Assembly: GCF_963518105.1 (NCBI RefSeq)
Contig: NZ_CAUQID010000005.1
Source: an uncultured Selenomonas sp.
GTDB taxonomy: Bacteria; Bacillota; Negativicutes; Selenomonadales; Selenomonadaceae
DNA: 64,000 nucleotides
Direction: 5' to 3' (one strand)
Each line of letters begins with the position of its first letter. The stretch's first letter is position 1. Both the position numbers and the translations under genes were made by a program. The notes under the pieces were generated by a model that saw nothing but the letters and a program-made list of their open reading frames with translations, made no database searches and was not told where the DNA came from. Of the stretch, positions 9,761 through 19,547 are shown in pieces.

Positions 9761-10710
9761 CAGGAAATCATATCCGACGTGCGCCGGATGATCATCGCCG
9801 CCCATTCCTTCTCGCAGGTCATATCGAGTACGGTAAAGCCATTCTCCTGCGCTGCACGCTCGACATCGGCAATGCGGTCGCTGATGATGCCCGAGGCAAG
9901 GAATACGCCGCCCGGCGCAAGATTGCGGTCGAGCTGGCTAAAGAGACGGATGATGATGTCCGCAATGATATTCGCTGTGATCAGTTCCGCCTGCGCCAGT
10001 CCCTCGCAGACAGCGAGGAGATCGCTCTGGCACGTCACGACATTCGTCACGCCGTTCTGCCGAATATTCTCCTCCGCGACGGCGACCGCCACAGGGTCAT
10101 AGTCCATTGCAATGACCTCGCCGGCACCGAGCTTCGACGCGGCGATGGCGAGAATGCCAGAGCCGCAGCCTACATCGTAGACACGCATCCCCGGGCAGAC
10201 GATGTGCTCAAGCCAGCGCAGGCACATCGCTGTCGTTGCATGCGCCCCCGTACCGAAGGCAGCGCCGGGGTCGAGATCGATGACGATCTCATCTCCCTGT
10301 GCCGTATATTCTTCCCACGTCGGTCGAACAACAATGCGTCGTCCGATCTTCTCCGTGTGAATGTATGCCTTCCACGTCTCCGCCCAGTCCTCATCCGCGA
10401 CAAATGTATGCGACACCGTGCCTGCACCAATCGGCGCATCCGTGAGGCGCAGCCCCTCGATGCGCGCGGCGAGCGTCAGGAGACTCTCTTCCAGCCGTGC
10501 ATCCTCGGGCAGATAGGCACGCACAGTCACCGTCTCGGTATCCTCCGCGCGCGGTAAATCCGTATAATCCCACAGCCCCGCATCAATGTACGCATTCACC
10601 AAAGACGGATCGTCGATCTCTGTCCCCGCAGCGCCCAGCTCCATCAAAATGTTTCCGATGAGATCCGCGCCCTCATGCGTCGTTACGACGCTCACCTGTG
10701 CCCAGCGCAT
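9760..10710 (-). CDS. prmA: Ribosomal protein L11 methyltransferase PrmA
   Basis: MRWAQVSVVTTHEGADL...; SAM motif VYDVGCGSGILAIAA; conserved prmA-rsmE pairing. Confidence 0.9.
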   Translation of the reverse strand: MRWAQVSVVTTHEGADLIGNILMELGAAGTEIDDPSLVNAYIDAGLWDYTDLPRAEDTETVTVRAYLPEDARLEESLLTLAARIEGLRLTDAPIGAGTVSHTFVADEDWAETWKAYIHTEKIGRRIVVRPTWEEYTAQGDEIVIDLDPGAAFGTGAHATTAMCLRWLEHIVCPGMRVYDVGCGSGILAIAASKLGAGEVIAMDYDPVAVAVAEENIRQNGVTNVVTCQSDLLAVCEGLAQAELITANIIADIIIRLFSQLDRNLAPGGVFLASGIISDRIADVERAAQENGFTVLDMTCEKEWAAMIIRRTSDMIS

Positions 10711-10824
10711 GCCATCGCCTCCCAATTTCTCTCAACAGTTTCCTGTATGCTGAGATTTATTATACACAAAAAGGATTGGAAATGCGATAGAATTTTCATG
10801 CAGACGCACGCGCATCTGCGGTGT

Positions 10825-10855
10825 AAAAAAGCTGCCGCACATCTGTGCAGCAGCT
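10825..10855 (-). terminator. Rho-independent terminator after the superoxide reductase gene
   Basis: The minus strand reads aagctgctgcacagatgtgcggcagc followed by TTTTTT. Confidence 0.75.
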
Positions 10856-10877
10856 TCGTCCGCAGAATGGCCGCGGC

Positions 10878-11258
10878 TCAGAGTTCCGTCTGCCACAGAC
10901 CGTGCAGATTGCAGTACTCGAGCACCTTTACCGGCACATCGCCGTCCACGAGGCGGAATGTCGCCTGCGGCGCATCCGACGGCGTGAGATTCACGCGCTG
11001 TACGCCCTTTTTCGTCACGAGGATGATGTACTCGATGAGATGCTCTTCCGTCATCGGGTGCGCGACCGAACCAACGGTCACATGGACCTCGTTCTTGCCC
11101 TTATCGTAGTTCACGACAGGAACGTGCTTTTCCTGTGCTGCATCGACCGTGTTGGGACGAAGCTGCTTGCACTCCTCGCCGCTGACGGCAAGACTCAGCG
11201 CCGTGTCACCATAGACCTCGACAATATGCTTCTTATCTGCAAGATAGAATACTGACAT
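10878..11258 (-). CDS. Superoxide reductase (desulfoferrodoxin family, class III)
   Basis: 126 aa with motifs EKHVPVV, GSVAHPMTEEHLIEYI and EYCNLHGLW. The N-terminal domain has only one Cys, so the Cys4 centre I is missing, as in the Treponema pallidum-type enzyme. Confidence 0.85.
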   Translation of the reverse strand: MSVFYLADKKHIVEVYGDTALSLAVSGEECKQLRPNTVDAAQEKHVPVVNYDKGKNEVHVTVGSVAHPMTEEHLIEYIILVTKKGVQRVNLTPSDAPQATFRLVDGDVPVKVLEYCNLHGLWQTEL

Positions 11259-11425
11259 GGTAAACCCTCCTATACGGAAGCACGGAGCTTCCTTTCATAC
11301 ACAGCAAAAATAAAAAAATGTGGAGTATGTCAGGTGCGATAGACAGCATCTATTTCACCTTTCACAAATAATAATTCTCCACAAGATAAGATTATCCTTC
11401 TTTTCCAACGAAAAAATTTTAAAAA

Positions 11426-12394
11426 TCATCTTTCCGTTGTTTCATGTGTGCCGATGAAGTCCTGCACGAGATAGCGCGGCCGGTGCTTCACCTCGAGGTA
11501 GATCTTCGCTACGTACTCCCCAATGACCCCGATGGAGAGGAGGATCAGCCCGCCGAGAAACCAGAGCGACACCACAAGGCTCGTCCAGCCGACGATGGTC
11601 TCCCCCATGAAGTGACGGATGACTGACCAGATGAGCATCCCTCCGCTGACGAGAGAAATCGACATCCCCATCTGCGAGATGAGGCGGATGGGGCGTGCCG
11701 AGAGTGATGTCACACCCTCCCATGCAAACGCCGCCATACGGCGCCACGGGTATTTCGACACGCCTGCGAGGCGCTGCAGGCGCGTATAGTGTACGACATC
11801 ATGTGAGAGTCCGATCATGGGCACGATGCCGCGCAGGAAAAGGTTTACCTCCGGATATGCCGCAAGCGCATCGAGCGCACGGCGATCCATGAGGCGGAAA
11901 TCCGCATGGTTGAACACGATGTCCGCACCGAGTCCACGCATCGCACGGTAGAACGTCTCCGCTGTAAACCGTTTGAGAAAGGTATCCGTTGCACGGTTTT
12001 CACGCACACCGTAGACGATATTCGCACCTGCCGCATGCTTTTCGAGCATGGCATCCACTGCGTCGATATCATCCTGCAGATCAGCATCCATACTGATCGT
12101 GACATCCGCATACGGCCGCACAGTCATGAGCCCCGCGAGCAGGGCATTCTGATGTCCCTCGTTGTGCGCGAGGTTGATGCCGGAAAACAATGCATCCTCC
12201 TCAGTCAATGTGCAGATGATCTGCCACGTCGCATCGCGGCTGCCGTCATTAACAAAAGCGACACGGCTCTCCCCGCTGATACGCCCCGCATCAATCAATG
12301 CGCCGAGCTTGCCCGCAAGCTTGCCCGCTGTATCACGGAGCACCTCCTCCTCGTTGTAGCAGGGTACAACGAGATAGAGCACCGGCGCGCTCAC
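11426..12394 (-). CDS. GT2 polyprenyl-phosphate glycosyltransferase (GtrB/ArnC-like)
   Basis: LYLVVPCYNEEEVL, VNDGSRD and two C-terminal TM helices. A 4-nt overlap links it to the upstream ArnT-like gene. Confidence 0.85.
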   Translation of the reverse strand: MSAPVLYLVVPCYNEEEVLRDTAGKLAGKLGALIDAGRISGESRVAFVNDGSRDATWQIICTLTEEDALFSGINLAHNEGHQNALLAGLMTVRPYADVTISMDADLQDDIDAVDAMLEKHAAGANIVYGVRENRATDTFLKRFTAETFYRAMRGLGADIVFNHADFRLMDRRALDALAAYPEVNLFLRGIVPMIGLSHDVVHYTRLQRLAGVSKYPWRRMAAFAWEGVTSLSARPIRLISQMGMSISLVSGGMLIWSVIRHFMGETIVGWTSLVVSLWFLGGLILLSIGVIGEYVAKIYLEVKHRPRYLVQDFIGTHETTER

Positions 12395-13977
12395 GGCGTA
12401 TCATCCCGAAAGATGCACAGGCCGTCGCGCTCCTCGACGAGCGTCCAATCCTGTGCGCCGAGATCCTCCATCATCTTGTGATACATGAACGCCCGCATGA
12501 TAATATACTTCGGCCGTGCATCCTCACGCAGCGCCGCGAGCGATGCCGCACGGTTCGTATCTGCCTCGATGCCGGGAATGTCTGTGTAGAGCATAACACC
12601 GGGACGGAGCTGCTTGTCAATGTAGAGCACACGTCCCTCCATCTGTGCTGCAGCATCATACTCCGCCGCATAACGCAGTGCGAGCTGCTTGACACTGAAC
12701 TGTCCCTCAACAGCGGGCATCATGACCCCGAATGCGATGGCCATGGTCACCACCCCTGCGAGCACATGCAGCCATGCGGCGAGAACAAGATGATGCGATG
12801 CCGTGATCGCGTATACGATGCCCGCGCCAAGCACAAGCGTCAGCACGCCGAGCCAGAGCCCGCCCTCCGCGAGCGGTGCAAGGCTGTCTCCGCTCATCAG
12901 CCAGCCAAGGCCGAGCACAAGGAACATGAGCGCGCTCCCGCCCGCCCACGCAAAATGCGTCTGCCGCCAGTCCTCGAGCATCCGTGCGAGATTCCACCCG
13001 ATGATGACGGCAAGCGGCGGAGTCAGCAGCAGCATATAGGAAACCTGCTTTGTCTGCGCGATGGAGAAGAAGATGAGAACGAAGATCCACCACGTCTGAA
13101 AGAACACGAGCAGCTGTGCCTCCTCGCCGAAGCTGCGGCGAAAGGCATTCTTGACCGACTGGAAGATCAGCCCCGTCCACGGAAAGAACCCGAGTACGAC
13201 GACAGGCAGATAAAACCACCAGTGCGCGCGCACAGGATGGAGCGGTGCAGTGAAACGACTGACATTGTGGAATCCAATGAACTCGTAGATGAACGCCATG
13301 CCGTGTACCTCGTACATATAGAGATACCACGGCAGCCCCACGGCAACAACGAGGAGCAAACCGCGCACAACGTGCATGCGCAGGATCTGCTCAAGCTGAC
13401 GTGTCGCGAGCAGATAAAAGAAGATAATTCCCCCGGGGAAAACCACGCCGATGGGGCCCTTCGTCATGACAGCGAGGCCGCAGGCAAGATACATGAGCCA
13501 ATACTGGCGATGGATAAAAGAAAAGAGCGCCGCCGTCATAAAAAAAAGCAGCGTACTGTCCGTCACGGATGCCTTGCCCATATACATGAGGATAATGCTC
13601 GTCCCCATGACGATGCCCGACCAGAAGCCCGTGCGCGCGCCGAAGAGGCGCGCCGCAGCGAGTGCAGTCATCAGAATCGAGCCGATCGCCATGAGTGCAG
13701 CCGGCAGGCGCGCAGCCAGCTCGCTGAATCCGCCAAAGAGCCTGATCGATGCAGCGACCAACCAATAGAACACGGGCGGCTTATCATACCAGAACTCATT
13801 ATAGATGCGCGGCGAAAGATAGTCGCCGAAGCGGATCATCTCCTTCGCCGTCTCCGCATAGACCGGCTCGTCCGGATCGAGCAGCGCCGTCCCGCCGATG
13901 CCGAAGAGGATCTGGAAAGAGATGACGGCAAGCAGTACGAGATAGACCGGCCATGCGAGATTTTTCTCATCGTTCAT
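12391..13977 (-). CDS. ArnT/PMT-family (GT39/GT83) lipid- or protein-glycan glycosyltransferase
   Basis: Start set at ATG 13977 (GAGGTG SD). The N-terminal LDPDEPVYAETAKEM...WYDKPPVFYW motif is followed by more than 10 TM helices. Confidence 0.85.
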   Translation of the reverse strand: MNDEKNLAWPVYLVLLAVISFQILFGIGGTALLDPDEPVYAETAKEMIRFGDYLSPRIYNEFWYDKPPVFYWLVAASIRLFGGFSELAARLPAALMAIGSILMTALAAARLFGARTGFWSGIVMGTSIILMYMGKASVTDSTLLFFMTAALFSFIHRQYWLMYLACGLAVMTKGPIGVVFPGGIIFFYLLATRQLEQILRMHVVRGLLLVVAVGLPWYLYMYEVHGMAFIYEFIGFHNVSRFTAPLHPVRAHWWFYLPVVVLGFFPWTGLIFQSVKNAFRRSFGEEAQLLVFFQTWWIFVLIFFSIAQTKQVSYMLLLTPPLAVIIGWNLARMLEDWRQTHFAWAGGSALMFLVLGLGWLMSGDSLAPLAEGGLWLGVLTLVLGAGIVYAITASHHLVLAAWLHVLAGVVTMAIAFGVMMPAVEGQFSVKQLALRYAAEYDAAAQMEGRVLYIDKQLRPGVMLYTDIPGIEADTNRAASLAALREDARPKYIIMRAFMYHKMMEDLGAQDWTLVEERDGLCIFRDDTP

Positions 13978-14016
13978 GCAGATATGCACCTCACAAATTC
14001 CAACGAAATCATCTGC

Positions 14017-14044
14017 ATTGTATCATAGATTTTACATTTTACAA
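14017..14044 (-). promoter_or_regulatory. Sigma-70 promoter for the ArnT-like/GtrB-like operon
   Basis: Minus strand: TTGTAA, 16-nt spacer, TGaTACAAT (extended -10). Confidence 0.5.
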
Positions 14045-14049
14045 CCGCA

Positions 14050-15009
14050 TCAAATGAGATGCTCGGCGCAGTCGATATCCGTGATGAGCACGTTGATGAA
14101 GCCGCCGCGGATCGCACCGAGCACGGCCTCCGTCTTTGCGTGCCCGCCCGCCACACCGACACGGCGCGGCACACGGCGCACGGTATCCAGCGGGATCCCC
14201 GCCACGCGCTCGTTAAACTCCTGGAACGGTGTTGTATCGCCGTGCTTGTCGAAATAGCGCAGGGCAATATCTCCCACTGCACCACGCGCTGCAAACGCCT
14301 CGAGAATCGACTGGTCGACATAGCCGGTCTGCAGGATGGTCGACTGCTCCGTCGAGGGAACGCCGATGCCCATGAGGACGAGATCGAGACGGTCATAGAG
14401 ACGAATCACGTTGCGGATGGTCTTCTCCTCGAGGAATCCCTCAAGCACCTCGCGCCGCGAGAATACGGCAGGCGAGTAGAACTGAACGCAGTCCCCAACA
14501 AAACGGTCGGCAAATTCCTGTGCGAGATAGTTCGAGTGAATATCGAGACGGCTCTCAGCGACACCGCCGACGAGCGGGACAAACGTCGCCTTGATCGGAC
14601 TGCGGATAAAGTAGTCCGATCGCACGACGTTCTGGATCGCGAGCCCCATCGTGATGCCGACGAGATAACCGTCTACGAGCACGCGCGCAAGGTACTCGAG
14701 CGTCGCGCTGCCGATCTCAGAGTTGACAGTCCGCTGCCCGTCGGGGAGCGGACTGGATGGGACGATAATGACCTCCTGCAGATCATACTTCTTCTCCAAC
14801 TCGCGCTCCATCTGTCCGTAGGCGATGTTGTCGGGGTTCTGGATCTCGATGCGGACGATGCCGCGCTCCTTGCCGATCGTGAGCATGCGCGAGACGGTCG
14901 GGCGCGAGATGCCGAGTACCTCACAGATCTCCTTCTGACCCAGCCCGTCCTGGTAGTACAGACTGCAGCACTTGAAGATGAGGCGAACGTCGTCTACGAT
15001 TTTCTTCAT
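14050..15009 (-). CDS. SorC-family sugar-binding transcriptional regulator
   Basis: Start trimmed to ATG 15009 (GGGAGG SD; MKKIVDDVRL...). N-terminal HTH (QKEICEVLGISRPTVSRML) and a C-terminal SorC sugar-phosphate-binding domain. Confidence 0.85.
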   Translation of the reverse strand: MKKIVDDVRLIFKCCSLYYQDGLGQKEICEVLGISRPTVSRMLTIGKERGIVRIEIQNPDNIAYGQMERELEKKYDLQEVIIVPSSPLPDGQRTVNSEIGSATLEYLARVLVDGYLVGITMGLAIQNVVRSDYFIRSPIKATFVPLVGGVAESRLDIHSNYLAQEFADRFVGDCVQFYSPAVFSRREVLEGFLEEKTIRNVIRLYDRLDLVLMGIGVPSTEQSTILQTGYVDQSILEAFAARGAVGDIALRYFDKHGDTTPFQEFNERVAGIPLDTVRRVPRRVGVAGGHAKTEAVLGAIRGGFINVLITDIDCAEHLI

Positions 15010-15148
15010 GGCAAAACCTCCCGTGGCCGGAACAGGGATGCGCCTCCGGCGGAACACATTCTAGCTGATGCAGTAATTTATTGACATATTTTCTATATAA
15101 GTGCCAAAAAAGGACTGCCGCTGCTGCGGCAGCCCCTCTTTTCAGTTC

Positions 15149-15520
15149 TCAGTAGACCTCGATGGTTGCACCCATGCGGATATCGTCCTTCGTGAGCGGC
15201 GCATCCCCCTGCAGCATGATGCAGCCGGGGCGCTCCGGCAGCTCACCGCCCTTGAACGAGAGTGTGCAGTGTCCAAGCTGCTGCAGCGTATGGAGCGCCT
15301 CATCACCGATCGCCGTGATGGTGAACGCCTTGTCGCAGATGATCATCGTATCGCCGACCGCAGGATCCTCATGATAGGTTGCGGGTGTATGCAGCACAGA
15401 GAACGATGCGAGTTCCTCCGGCGCGTTGTTGTTGAATATGATGATAAAGTTCGCATTCGGATCGTCCAGGAAGAAGAGCGACTCCTCGCCCCAGCGGGTA
15501 ATCTCACAGTAAAATTTCAT
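15149..15520 (-). CDS. srlB: PTS glucitol/sorbitol-family EIIA
   Basis: Start set at ATG 15520 (MKFYCEITRWGEESL...), about 123 aa. Typical EIIA-Gut sequence (HTLQQLGHCTLSF). Confidence 0.85.
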   Translation of the reverse strand: MKFYCEITRWGEESLFFLDDPNANFIIIFNNNAPEELASFSVLHTPATYHEDPAVGDTMIICDKAFTITAIGDEALHTLQQLGHCTLSFKGGELPERPGCIMLQGDAPLTKDDIRMGATIEVY

Positions 15521-15558
15521 ACTGCATCCTCCAGTCTTGCACAAATGCACCGCAGTAT

Positions 15559-16086
15559 CTATGCCTGACGCTCCTCGCGGCGCTTCATGTAGAGATAGAT
15601 CTTCTCCGTGACGATGCCGCGGATCAGGATGACGACGATACCGACGAAGAAGTAGCGGACGGCGAGATCGCCGAGCGGCAGTCCGAGCGCCGTAATGCCC
15701 GCAGCGATGCCCATGTAGACGAAGAGCTCACCGCCGTTCGCGTGCGGGAAGAGTCCTGTCACGGGATGGACGAAGCTGACCGCTGCATCATAGTAGGCGG
15801 GCTTGTACTTCTGATCGACGAAGTTGCCGAACGTGTAGCACATCGGGTTGCCGAGAAAGAGCACCGCGAGCACGGGAAGCACCGTATAGCGCGTGATGAT
15901 GTTCTGCGTCGCGCGCTGTGCCACGCCGTTCACACGTTCCTCACCGATGAGCTTGATGAGCGAATTGACTGCCGTCATCATGATGACAAGCAGAGGGATG
16001 ATCCCCGTCACCCACGAGGTGAAGGTCGCTGCACCTGCACGGAAGAGATCCATAAAGCCGTTGGCCGCTGCTGCTATCAGTTCCAT
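15559..16086 (-). CDS. srlA: PTS glucitol/sorbitol-family EIIC component
   Basis: Start set at ATG 16086 (MELIAAAANGFMDLF...), about 175 aa. EIIC-Gut N-terminal-type membrane protein. Confidence 0.85.
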   Translation of the reverse strand: MELIAAAANGFMDLFRAGAATFTSWVTGIIPLLVIMMTAVNSLIKLIGEERVNGVAQRATQNIITRYTVLPVLAVLFLGNPMCYTFGNFVDQKYKPAYYDAAVSFVHPVTGLFPHANGGELFVYMGIAAGITALGLPLGDLAVRYFFVGIVVILIRGIVTEKIYLYMKRREERQA

Positions 16087-16105
16087 AATACTATATCCCT
16101 CCCGA

Positions 16106-17098
16106 TTAGTAAAGACCAATACTTGCCGCGTAGGCGATCAATACCGCCAGTGGGCCTGTAATGACGCGTGAGTAGAGCACGGCAGGCACACCGAGCTCGA
16201 TGGTCTCGGGGTCTGCCTCGCCAAGACTAAGGCCAACCGGGACAAAGTCCGCACCGACCTGCGCATTGATGGCAAAGAGCGCGGGCAGCGCGTACTGCGG
16301 CGGGATATTGCCCATGCCGATCTGCGCGCCGAGCAGCGTGCCGACAACCTGCGCGATAACTGCACCGGGTCCGAGCACGGGAGAGATGAATGGAATCGCG
16401 CAGATGAGCGAGATGATGAGCATGCCCGGCAGCGTACTCGCGAGCGGGGAGATGGTCGTCGCAATAACGTTGCCGAGCCCCGAGACGCTGATGATGCCGA
16501 GGATCATGGAAACGAACGCCATGAACGGCAGGATGCTCTTGATCGTGATGTCGATGGTCTCACGTCCGGCAGCATAGAACTTGTTTACGACCCCGCCGAT
16601 ACCGATGCCGAGCCGCGTGACAAAGTTCTTTTCGCGCCCGCGCTCCATGGCGGCAATCTCCGCCTTTGCCTGCTCCTTGCTCTTGCGTACATGGGCATGC
16701 TCTGTTTGTGCAGCGGCAGCCGTCTCCGCCGCATCTGCCAGTGCGAGGCAGGAGGCATCGACCGCCGAAACGTAGAGCTCCTTCGTGATATACTGGGCGA
16801 GCGGTCCTGTCTTGCCGACAGGCAGGACGTTCGCCGTCAGGATGCCCTTTTTCGGATAGACACCGCAGCGCGCCGTGCCGCCGCAGTCCACGACAGCAAG
16901 CAGGATCTCCTCATCCGGCACGCCTGTCGAGAATCCGTCCACCGCTGTGCAGCCCGTCATCTCTGCCACCTTTGCCGCGAGCGGATGAATACCGCCGCCT
17001 GTCACGCTGACAATCTTGCAGCGCGTCTCTGTCGGAATGAGGACGAGCGGGCCGCCCCAGCCGCCCTTGCCGGCGGTAATCTTTACAGATTGATACAT
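16106..17098 (-). CDS. srlE: PTS glucitol/sorbitol-family EIIBC component
   Basis: Start set at ATG 17098 (MYQSVKITAGKGGWGGPL...). Has the VDCGGTARCGVYPKK EIIB-Gut motif and a membrane C-terminus. Confidence 0.85.
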   Translation of the reverse strand: MYQSVKITAGKGGWGGPLVLIPTETRCKIVSVTGGGIHPLAAKVAEMTGCTAVDGFSTGVPDEEILLAVVDCGGTARCGVYPKKGILTANVLPVGKTGPLAQYITKELYVSAVDASCLALADAAETAAAAQTEHAHVRKSKEQAKAEIAAMERGREKNFVTRLGIGIGGVVNKFYAAGRETIDITIKSILPFMAFVSMILGIISVSGLGNVIATTISPLASTLPGMLIISLICAIPFISPVLGPGAVIAQVVGTLLGAQIGMGNIPPQYALPALFAINAQVGADFVPVGLSLGEADPETIELGVPAVLYSRVITGPLAVLIAYAASIGLY

Positions 17099-17141
17099 GC
17101 GCTTTCCTCCTATACAGTAAAACAAACTGCCTTTCTATCGG

Positions 17142-17537
17142 CTAGCCGGCATCTGCTGCCGGCCGCAGGCGTGCGATGAGTGCATCGAGCGCCTGTATGT
17201 GCCCCTTGTAATGTGTGCGCCGCTCTTTCGGCAGCGCCTCATACGCCGCACGCAGCTCGTAGATCGTCTGTCCCGTGATGTCTGCCATCGGGCGAAATCT
17301 GCTGAGGATGGTCATTCCCTGCATCATCCGTCCGTCCAGAATCTCGCCGTCTGCATTGCACGCGATGATAACGATGCTCGATGGGCCGAGCTTTCTCCTG
17401 CGTGCGCCGATGCCGACGTTGCCGAGCCGATGCATCTCGCGTACGGCACGCTTGTACTCCTTCACCTGCAAATGTGTTCCTATCACTTGAATGACAAAGA
17501 GCAGAAACAAACCGCCAAGGAGCATCTCTGTCTGCAA
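17142..17537 (-). CDS. gutM: Glucitol operon activator GutM-like protein
   Basis: 131 aa, one N-terminal TM helix, first gene of the Gut PTS operon. TTG start with a GGGGGAG SD. Confidence 0.7.
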   Translation of the reverse strand: MQTEMLLGGLFLLFVIQVIGTHLQVKEYKRAVREMHRLGNVGIGARRRKLGPSSIVIIACNADGEILDGRMMQGMTILSRFRPMADITGQTIYELRAAYEALPKERRTHYKGHIQALDALIARLRPAADAG

Positions 17538-17595
17538 GGAATCTCCCCCTTTTCCCCCTTTATTTTATAATTGATTTCTTGATACGGTAGTTTGA

Positions 17596-17624
17596 ATTAT
17601 AACACTTGTTAATATTTTTTACAA
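17596..17624 (-). promoter_or_regulatory. Sigma-70 promoter of the gut PTS operon
   Basis: Minus strand: TTGTAA, 17-nt spacer, TGtTATAAT, inside a markedly AT-rich intergenic region. Confidence 0.55.
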
Positions 17625-17706
17625 TGAATAATTTATTGAATTTTTGTAAATGTATTCATTTTTACAGTTTTCTCATCCCTGCCCCCTCTCATCCCCCGAC
17701 ATGCAA

Positions 17707-17732
17707 ATAAAAACTGCCGGAAGATCCGGCAG
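17707..17732 (-). terminator. Rho-independent terminator after the aldolase gene
   Basis: The minus strand reads ctgccggatcttccggcag followed by TTTTTA. Confidence 0.7.
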
Positions 17733-17743
17733 TCGACTGCATA

Positions 17744-18583
17744 TCACGATGCATTCTTGGAGATGAGATGAATGTAGTGCGTCAGCACCTTGCGCATGCC
17801 CTCGTCCGCAGCGCGCTGCGTCTCGATAAGCGAGTCCGTATGCGCCGCACGGATCTCCGTCATCGCACCCGTGAGGAAATCCGTATAGACGTTCAGCTTC
17901 GTGATGCCGTCATGCACCGCTCGGCGCAGGTTCTCATCGCCCGTACCCGAGCCTCCGTGCAGAACGAGCGGAACGGGGACGGCGGCGGCGAGCTCACGCA
18001 GGCGCATAAAGTTCAGTTTCGGCGTCTGATTGTGCGCATAGACACCGTGCGACGTGCCGACAGATACGGCGAGCGAGTCCACCCCCGTCGCTGCGGCAAA
18101 TGTCCGCGCCTCCTCCACAGTCGTATAGACGCTCTCGGAGGTTGCTCCCTCGACCCCCTCGGATGCGCCGCCCACATGACCGATCTCCGCCTCGACGCTT
18201 ACGCCCTTCGTATGCGCATAGCGGACAACCTCCTTCGTCAGACGGATATTCTCGTCCATGTCCTTCATCGAGGCATCCAGCATGACAGAGGTAAAGCCGA
18301 GCGCAATCGCACGCTGCAGGAAGTCGAAATCCTGCCCGTGATCGAGATGCAGAACAATAGGCGTCGCAGCCTTCTCCGCCCAATATTTTCCGACCAGCGC
18401 CGCCTCCTCCAGGGAGATCAACCCTGCATGCCCCTGTGCGAAGGAGAGCAGGATCGGCGTACGCAGCGCATCCGCCGTCTGCACGAACACACGCGCCGCA
18501 TTCAGCGTGAGAAAGTCAGGGGCAACGATACCGTAGCGTCCCGCCTTCGCCGCATCGAGTACGGATTTCCCATCGACCAGCAT
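17744..18583 (-). CDS. Class II ketose-bisphosphate aldolase (FBA/tagatose-bisphosphate aldolase family)
   Basis: Start set at ATG 18583 (AAGGAG SD). Motifs: LHLDHG, SVMLDAS, EAEIGHVGG, LVLHGGSG. Confidence 0.85.
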   Translation of the reverse strand: MLVDGKSVLDAAKAGRYGIVAPDFLTLNAARVFVQTADALRTPILLSFAQGHAGLISLEEAALVGKYWAEKAATPIVLHLDHGQDFDFLQRAIALGFTSVMLDASMKDMDENIRLTKEVVRYAHTKGVSVEAEIGHVGGASEGVEGATSESVYTTVEEARTFAAATGVDSLAVSVGTSHGVYAHNQTPKLNFMRLRELAAAVPVPLVLHGGSGTGDENLRRAVHDGITKLNVYTDFLTGAMTEIRAAHTDSLIETQRAADEGMRKVLTHYIHLISKNAS

Positions 18584-18670
18584 GAGGATCACTCCTTTTT
18601 GAACACCATATCAACTGGTCACATCATATTTCAGAGAAATCCTTTTGTCAATCAATTTATTTACCAGTGG

Positions 18671-19399
18671 TTATTCTCTGATGGTCGAGCGGACGCGGAA
18701 ACGGCTGCGAAACGCATCCGCCTGCGAGGTCGCATACTGAATGACACGCCCCTCGCGATCTGTCGTCAGGATCCGCGTAACAAAAATCGGCGCCTGCTCC
18801 GCGACCTCGAGATAGAGTGCGATCTCAGGCGAGGCATGGATGACCTCAATGGTCTTATCCTCTGCGTAGGGACGCACGCCGTGCGCCTCAAGTGTACGCA
18901 GGAGACCGCTGCTCGTAAAGTCGACACGCACCAGCTCCGGACAGAGTGCGAGCGGAATATAGTCGTCCGTGACCGCATAGATACGTTCATCCACATAGCG
19001 CAGACGCTTGAGGTGAAAGACGAGCGTCTCCCCGGCAAGTCCGAGCATCGCAGCGAGGTTTCCGCGCGCAGGCTCTACCACCTGCTGCAAAACCGTGCTG
19101 CGTGTGACGCGTCCCTCCGCCGAGAACATCCGCGCAAGACCAAAGCCGCGCTGCCCCGCCTCTGCATAGTCCACAGGAACTTTCTCCCCCGTGTAGAACG
19201 ACCCACGCCCCTGCATGCGCACAATTTTATTCTCTGCCGCAAGGAGATCAAGTGCCTTGCGCACCGTCGGCCTGCTCACGCCGAGCTGCTGGCACAGCTC
19301 GCGCTCTCCCGGAATCGGAGAAAAGTAGGCAAGATCCGCAAACCGCCGCTCCATTTCGTCGCGCACCCGCTCGTGCAGGGGCCGTTTTCTGCTCGTCAT
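18671..19399 (-). CDS. GntR-family (HutC/UTRA subfamily) transcriptional regulator
   Basis: N-terminal winged HTH (LPGERELCQQLGVSRPTVRKALDLL) and a C-terminal UTRA-like domain. Confidence 0.85.
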   Translation of the reverse strand: MTSRKRPLHERVRDEMERRFADLAYFSPIPGERELCQQLGVSRPTVRKALDLLAAENKIVRMQGRGSFYTGEKVPVDYAEAGQRGFGLARMFSAEGRVTRSTVLQQVVEPARGNLAAMLGLAGETLVFHLKRLRYVDERIYAVTDDYIPLALCPELVRVDFTSSGLLRTLEAHGVRPYAEDKTIEVIHASPEIALYLEVAEQAPIFVTRILTTDREGRVIQYATSQADAFRSRFRVRSTIRE

Positions 19400-19473
19400 C
19401 GTCAGGGATCTCTCCTCTCGTTTACCTTTGTAATAGTAGGCGATTACTTATCTCTTTGTCAACAGGAATTGCC

Positions 19474-19502
19474 TTGCAAAGGAATTTTACCTATGGTAAT
19501 AT
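19474..19502 (+). promoter_or_regulatory. Promoter of the TIM-like/yjbQ pair, with overlapping ATGGTAAT repeats
   Basis: TTGCAA, 17-nt spacer, TAATAT. The direct repeat ATGGTAAT occurs at 19493-19500 and 19514-19521, 21 bp apart, and is a possible operator for the divergent GntR regulator. Confidence 0.45.
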
Positions 19503-19547
19503 TTTTATATCCAATGGTAATTTTTAGTGTATCTAGGAGGTCTCATC

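Noticed and set aside
11259-11425. An AT-rich sequence (GAGAATTATTATTTG on the minus strand, about 11364-11378) upstream of the superoxide reductase gene, considered as a PerR/Fur box.
   Set aside because: Position-by-position comparison with TTATAATNATTATAA and TGATAATNATTATCA gives a poor match. It is probably just AT-rich promoter DNA.
12298-14028. Very long plus-strand ORFs (12298-14028, 17768-19717, 47290-49458, 25590-26927, 14059-15084 and others) lying antisense to the minus-strand genes.
   Set aside because: Their translations are Arg/His/Cys/Pro-rich and low in complexity, and they have no SDs. Each fully overlaps a minus-strand gene with clear family motifs. This is the typical shadow-ORF artefact of GC-rich DNA.
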